Below are positions 59,076-64,000 of a DNA stretch of 64,000 bases, piece after piece (positions within the stretch are counted from its first letter, which is position 1; each line of letters opens with the position of its first letter). The DNA is from Bdellovibrionota bacterium (GTDB taxonomy: Bacteria > Bdellovibrionota_C > UBA2361 > OMII01). The stretch covers positions 32,001-96,000 of the forward strand of contig JBIJBE010000006.1 in the NCBI GenBank assembly GCA_044345405.1. The letters run 5' to 3'. The notes under the pieces are model-generated. The model was not told the DNA's origin. It worked only from the letters and a program-made list of their open reading frames with translations, and did not search any database. The translations under genes were made by a program, and so were the position numbers.

Positions 59076-60848
59076 TCATCCCACCGCTTGGCGTATCGTA
59101 TAGTGATGATAGAGCCCCCCGGCGCGCTTTAGTTCTTCATGGCTACCTTGCTCGACAACCCTCCCTTCATTAATCAGGAATACGGTATCCGCGCCGCGCA
59201 CGCTGGAGAGTCTGTGGGATACGATAACAATCGTGGCCTTCGGGAGGGCTGTCCTCATCGCGGACAAAACATGATCCTCAAGCTCGCTATCAAGTCCCGA
59301 TGTCGCTTCATCAAGGAGTAGCAATCGTGGTTCACGGAGCAGGGCCCTGGCTATCGCCACCCGCTGTCGTTGGCCGCCACTGAGTTGAGCTCCGTGCTCC
59401 CCAAGCACGGTAGAGAGGCCTTGCGGGAGAGCCCACACAAAATCAAGGAACCCCCACCCCCGAATCCTTTGCTCCACGTATTCAGGAGATCGATCCGGTC
59501 CACCGAGGGTGAGGTTATCAAGGATGGAGGTACCAAAGAGGAGCGGGTCCTGAGGAACCCACGCGACCTTAGCGCGAAGCTCCGCGTCACTGATCTCTCG
59601 CAGCGAATGTCCGTTCAGGGTAATCGTCCCGGTTGAGTAGTGATAAAATTTGAGCAAGAGCTGCACGATCGAACTCTTTCCGGCGCCCGATGGACCCATG
59701 ATCCCTGCGACCGTTCCCCCCGGTATCGACAGACTTAATCCGTCGAGCACTACGCTATCAGGACGAGTTGGGTAGGCGAAGGTCACATCCGAACAGGAGA
59801 GAGCTAGGCCACTTTCGCCAAGTAATTCCGTCATCACCGCGGCTTCAATGTGTCTCTCCTCCCAGAGTTCAAATACCCGCTCGAGTCCTCCAAGACTTTG
59901 AACAATCTCCGCATACGCGCTCACGAGGAAGGCGAACGACACAGCGACGATCGAGCCATAGAGAGCGAATGCCGCGAGGTCACTGAGAGGAAGTTTCTCG
60001 TTGAGAACAAGAGAAACTCCGTACCATACAACCCCAAGAAGCAGCACGTTCAGAAGAAGGCTTGCTCCCGATGAGAAGGCGGCGCTGATTCGCACCCTAC
60101 CCTGCCCCGCCTCTAATACCTCAGCGCTCCGCGCGAAAAATGACGAGTTTGCCTGGGATTCGGCCCCTAGCGCGCGCACTATCTTGGCGCCACCGAAACT
60201 CTCCGCCGCGAAGGCGGTTAACGCCGCCAGTGAGGTTTGAAAGCGACGCGATGCCGCGCGAAGATTTCGAACGAATATGCCGGAAACAACAACCATGCAG
60301 AGAACGCTCGCCACGATAGCGAACGTCATTCGCCAGGACATCCACGCCATCAGGCAGGTTCCAAATAACACCTGAACTCCGTATCGCAAGATGACGGAGA
60401 GCTTCACGGACACGACATCTTGAATAAGCGCGGCGTCGGAGTTGAGTCGCGCGGCGAGATCCGCCGACCTGTTGCGATCAAAGAATTCTATCTCCTTTGA
60501 GATGACGGACTCGTAGAGGCGCCGGCGCACATCATCGTAGACCTGCTGACCTAAAAGACCGAACCACAGGGAGCGCAGAAAAAACGCTCCTCCCTGCACC
60601 ACAAACAGGGCGGCGAGGAGTCCAAAAAAGAGAGGAAGTCTTTCCAAAATGAGATCGAAGGTCTCTGGTCGCAACGCTCGGCGAATAACCTCCGGGAAGA
60701 TGAGGTTAATTGCGCTTCCTATAAAGAGGGCGACCAACGCTGACGCGATACGACCGTGGTAGGGTCGAACGAGGGTCACTACGTGCCCAAAGGTCCGTAC
60801 GGCCTGCGAGCTAGAGAGTGTGGGGCGTTTGGAGGTTTTCATAATCAC
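59076..60848 (-). CDS. ABC exporter, fused permease and ATPase (MsbA/ABCB-like)
   Basis: Six-TM domain, GPSGAGKS, LSGGQRQR, LLLDEATS and SHRL. Confidence 0.93.
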   Translation of the reverse strand: MIMKTSKRPTLSSSQAVRTFGHVVTLVRPYHGRIASALVALFIGSAINLIFPEVIRRALRPETFDLILERLPLFFGLLAALFVVQGGAFFLRSLWFGLLGQQVYDDVRRRLYESVISKEIEFFDRNRSADLAARLNSDAALIQDVVSVKLSVILRYGVQVLFGTCLMAWMSWRMTFAIVASVLCMVVVSGIFVRNLRAASRRFQTSLAALTAFAAESFGGAKIVRALGAESQANSSFFARSAEVLEAGQGRVRISAAFSSGASLLLNVLLLGVVWYGVSLVLNEKLPLSDLAAFALYGSIVAVSFAFLVSAYAEIVQSLGGLERVFELWEERHIEAAVMTELLGESGLALSCSDVTFAYPTRPDSVVLDGLSLSIPGGTVAGIMGPSGAGKSSIVQLLLKFYHYSTGTITLNGHSLREISDAELRAKVAWVPQDPLLFGTSILDNLTLGGPDRSPEYVEQRIRGWGFLDFVWALPQGLSTVLGEHGAQLSGGQRQRVAIARALLREPRLLLLDEATSGLDSELEDHVLSAMRTALPKATIVIVSHRLSSVRGADTVFLINEGRVVEQGSHEELKRAGGLYHHYTIRQAVG

Positions 60849-61027
60849 AGCATCGAGAGGCTATACACCATTAAATTCGGCACGTTAACTTTTATTAACG
60901 ATTCCGAGGCCACCAAGGGTGTTGCGGGTTGGTTTTTAAAGCCCTCCGAGGTGATTAAGCTATTGCGTAGGTTGTGACGATACCCTACACGACGAACAGG
61001 GGTCAAAATCTCTGCCAAAAGAACATT

Positions 61028-61657
61028 ATGGATGAGGAAGCGATACGACAAACTCAGGCGACTCTTCGAAAGCATCCGATCGTCGGGACTGCGCTTGATC
61101 TTCTTGCCCGTCAGTTACCTGGCTCGTTGTTATATCACGCCCTCTCTCACACAGAGGATGTGCTCGACGAGGCTATACGGTTCGGCGCAATCGACCAGCT
61201 CTCACCTCGGGAGCTTGAACTTCTAGCTATAGCCGCCGCTTGTCATGACGTTGGTTTCGTTTCGACCCCGATTGCAAATGAGCCCCTGGGCGCGGCGTTC
61301 GCGCGAGAACGAATGGAGGAAGATGGAGGCTACTCCCCTCAAGAGATCGAACTCGTTGAGCGGATGGTCCTCGATACCGCCCTCGTTATGACCGACGGTC
61401 AGTTGCATCAGTCCCCATCAACAAAACTATCGGGGTATCTTTTGGACGCTGACTTGAGCAATTTGGGGCGTGAGGACTTCTTTGATAAATGCGACCTACT
61501 ACGTCGAGAGGTTGGCCAAGAGAAGGACCTGTTTGAGAGAAACACCCTCGCGTTACTGACCGCTCACCGGTGGCACACCGACGCGGGACGGGCGCTGAGA
61601 CAGGCGAGAAAGGATCTTAATACGCAAACACTTCAATCGATGATTCGTTCGAAATAG
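61028..61657 (+). CDS. HD-domain phosphohydrolase
   Basis: YHALSHT, AACHDVGF and DADLSNLG. Confidence 0.85.
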   Translation: MDEEAIRQTQATLRKHPIVGTALDLLARQLPGSLLYHALSHTEDVLDEAIRFGAIDQLSPRELELLAIAAACHDVGFVSTPIANEPLGAAFARERMEEDGGYSPQEIELVERMVLDTALVMTDGQLHQSPSTKLSGYLLDADLSNLGREDFFDKCDLLRREVGQEKDLFERNTLALLTAHRWHTDAGRALRQARKDLNTQTLQSMIRSK

Positions 61658-61674
61658 TCGCGCGGTCCCCTACC

Positions 61675-63291
61675 CTACTTCTGCCCGTTCGATTTGCACC
61701 ACTTGTCGAAATCAGGGAAACCTCGATGCTCAAGGAGCCGTTGCTCAACACCGTGCTCAACCGCCTCTATGAATCTCTGTGGAGATATATGCGCCTTGAG
61801 TTTAGCGAGCGCGGCCTCGACATCAGAGCGCAATCCAGCCACCTCTTCCTCAGCGACCTCGGTCTTTAGCTTGTCCAGCGCCGCTTTTCTCTCAAGAAGA
61901 TAACTGACCTCAGCGTCGATCTGCGAGCCTTTGCTCTTTATAACGCGCTGTGGAGCGTCTCCGTTGCGAGGCCCAAGGTTGAGCTCGTTCTGCGCTCGAG
62001 ACCCGACAGCGACCTTGTCATTCGGCAGCACGAACTCAAAGGGCCTCTCAACGGCGCGATACAGAAATCCCTGCGGATTACGACTGACCAGATGACTCCC
62101 ACCACTCACCAGCTTGTCGAAATGCGCCACAATCGCCTCAATACGCTCAAGGGCCTCTATTCCCCTACCCTCTACCAAACGTCGAGCCTGCTTATCGGCG
62201 ATTCCACGTTGTATGAGGAGGCGTTCCAGCGAGTCCTCTTTAGAATCCCCGTGGCCTTGCGCGGTCGCTTGAGCGGCCGCGATACGGGGCCCTGCGGGCT
62301 CCTGCGCGAGAGATTGAGTACCGGTTGACGGCGGTGGGTCAACCGCTACCTTTCGCGGCGCGTGAGCGGCGACGAGAACAACATCAGTTGCCTTGCCCTT
62401 TCCGACAAATTCGAACTCACTCAGCAGCCCTTTGTCTCGCAACTCCTCAAGGGCTGGCTCTAGTTGTTGCCGAAGGGAGCTCGCGTACACGTAGTTGCGG
62501 GAGATACCGATCTTTTCGTGGGCAAGCACGAAGAGATTGACCTGCATGCGGGAGCGATACCAAAAGTGCTTATCGAGATAGCGGTAGAGTCGCTTTGAGA
62601 CCGCGCTCTGAAGGTCAAGGTAGAATTCGAGGTCCAGTTTTTTGATGAAACCAACTTGGAACGATTTGAAGAGTACCTCACTCCACGTAAAGAAGCTCGG
62701 TCTCGTATCTCGACCATCGTTGATCTCATAGGCATCAAGGATTCCGAAGTTGCGCGTGCTGTGCAGTTTCGACTCGTTGTCGTAAAAGGCGTTCGTGGCT
62801 TTGATTCGCACGCCGCTCAAACGATCGAGGGCGTTCTGAAGCCGAACGTAGCTTCGTCCCTCTGTGGTCCACCGCAAAATGCGCAAGAGTTCATACCTGG
62901 TGAAGTGAACTTTGGGGCTTCGGAGTCCGTCGTCCGCAGTGAGCTTGAGAAGTCCCAACAAAACCTCATCATCAGACGAGGTCGGAAGACCGAACTTGTC
63001 CGCCCCGGTGATGATCCACTTCCGATTGATGACGTCGCCATTCTTGCCTTTGACGGTGTCACTAAATTCGAGTGTTTTGATCGAGGGATCGGCCCGTTTC
63101 GAGAGAACTGTGAGCGGGAACTCGGCGAGATTCATCTCGTCCCGTGATATCTTCACCGGCAAGGGCCGCACCGGCGTCGCGACATTTGGCGAAACAGGAA
63201 CCGCTGAGGATTCAGCGTCAGAGAGATCGTGGGCCACGATCTCGTCGAGTGCTGTCGTTGATGTCAATGCTGAGGAATCAGTCATGCTCAC
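61675..63291 (-). CDS. Plasmid-type replication initiator protein (RepA/RPA, TrfA-like winged helix)
   Basis: RDEMNLAEFP, GLPT..D..VL, FTRYELLRIL.W, Y..L..AL.RL and KRLYRYLDKHF, which I recall from the RPA family; an iteron-like array lies upstream. Confidence 0.8.
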   Translation of the reverse strand: MSMTDSSALTSTTALDEIVAHDLSDAESSAVPVSPNVATPVRPLPVKISRDEMNLAEFPLTVLSKRADPSIKTLEFSDTVKGKNGDVINRKWIITGADKFGLPTSSDDEVLLGLLKLTADDGLRSPKVHFTRYELLRILRWTTEGRSYVRLQNALDRLSGVRIKATNAFYDNESKLHSTRNFGILDAYEINDGRDTRPSFFTWSEVLFKSFQVGFIKKLDLEFYLDLQSAVSKRLYRYLDKHFWYRSRMQVNLFVLAHEKIGISRNYVYASSLRQQLEPALEELRDKGLLSEFEFVGKGKATDVVLVAAHAPRKVAVDPPPSTGTQSLAQEPAGPRIAAAQATAQGHGDSKEDSLERLLIQRGIADKQARRLVEGRGIEALERIEAIVAHFDKLVSGGSHLVSRNPQGFLYRAVERPFEFVLPNDKVAVGSRAQNELNLGPRNGDAPQRVIKSKGSQIDAEVSYLLERKAALDKLKTEVAEEEVAGLRSDVEAALAKLKAHISPQRFIEAVEHGVEQRLLEHRGFPDFDKWCKSNGQK

Positions 63292-63585
63292 TTGGGTAGT
63301 CGGTATGCGCTATTCGCGCTCGTTCTCGTTTGCGTTCGTGCTTCGTATCAATGGAGCTATCGTACGTGTGTTCCCTGATAGTTCCAAAGAGTTTTTACGG
63401 GAATACGCTGCGCCGCTTCAGCAAAGAGTCCCTGAAAAACTGCGTGAAGACATACCAGAAAAAAATCCAAACACCAAAGCTTAGTTTTAGTTAGTTAAAC
63501 AATCGTTAGTACGGAACATGTTATTAGATGAGCGGCGTAAAAATACAGGAAGTACGATAGATTAGCTTGTCTTTTTTATCTCCAC

Positions 63586-63745
63586 GCACGATGCTTTAAT
63601 GGTCAATTCCCGATACTCATTTATCTAGTTTCCCGATCACTTTTCTTTCGTTTCACGACGCTTTTGTGTCCGAGTCACGAACCTCTTGTGTTCAAGTCAC
63701 GAGCAACCTATCTCAGTTCACGATTGTCCTTACGTGAGATCACGA
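63586..63745 (+). repeat. Iteron-like direct repeats with ~22-bp period
   Basis: TC(A/C)CGA-type cores start at 63586 (GCACGA), 63608, 63631, 63653, 63675, 63697, 63718 and 63740. Confidence 0.78.
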
Positions 63746-63763
63746 ATGGAGGGAGCCTCGCCT

Positions 63764-63803
63764 CCGTGGAACACCGTGGAACGGTGTGGAACATCGTGGA
63801 ACA
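63764..63803 (+). repeat. Four tandem 10-bp GTGGAAC repeats
   Basis: ccgtggaaca ccgtggaacg gtgtggaaca tcgtggaaca. Confidence 0.85.
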
Positions 63804-64000
63804 CTCCTAGGGCTCGTGTGTTGAGGTAAATATCGTGAATCGAGATCTAAAAACCGATCCCATTTCTTACTTCGATTCACGAAACACGACGTCTCAAGGA
63901 GCCCGGAGATTTCCCCAGATTTCTTCATCGTGAATTGACTTAAGTATGGATTTTATGAGCGATCTTTGCCAGATTCCTTATGTCGATTCACGAATGTGGA

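Overview
This is a gene-dense, roughly 55% GC bacterial segment made mostly of housekeeping genes: pgpA, minCDE, gpmI, mazG, csrA, ahcY, apaG, cmoB, tRNA-Thr(CGT), rsfS, trpS, roxA, cobB, fbaB, two flagellins, ung, rsgA, fliG, an amgK/rapZ-C/murU cluster, tadE/G and an ABC exporter. The gene mix suggests a flagellated Gram-negative, deltaproteobacteria-like lineage, which is inference only. Three observations stand out. (1) A tandemly duplicated, terminator-ended, ~230-nt multi-stem RNA at 27.0-27.6 kb whose two copies differ mostly by pairing-preserving changes. It matches no RNA class I recognise and lies directly upstream of an AI-2E transporter. (2) A plasmid-type Rep initiator gene next to a 22-bp-phased iteron-like array, inverted repeats and parS-half-site-like repeats, all within housekeeping DNA. 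(3) An RRM domain fused to a zinc-free ribosomal protein bS18. The window also holds several dispersed small-repeat families, including GGAG-type REP/BIME arrays with stem covariation and a MITE pair flanking a hybrid kinase. Two further proteins are unusual: a CarH-type B12 sensor with a C-terminal XRE HTH, and a Ser-initiated protein resembling a proteasome beta subunit. All calls come from reading motifs by eye; no searches were run.
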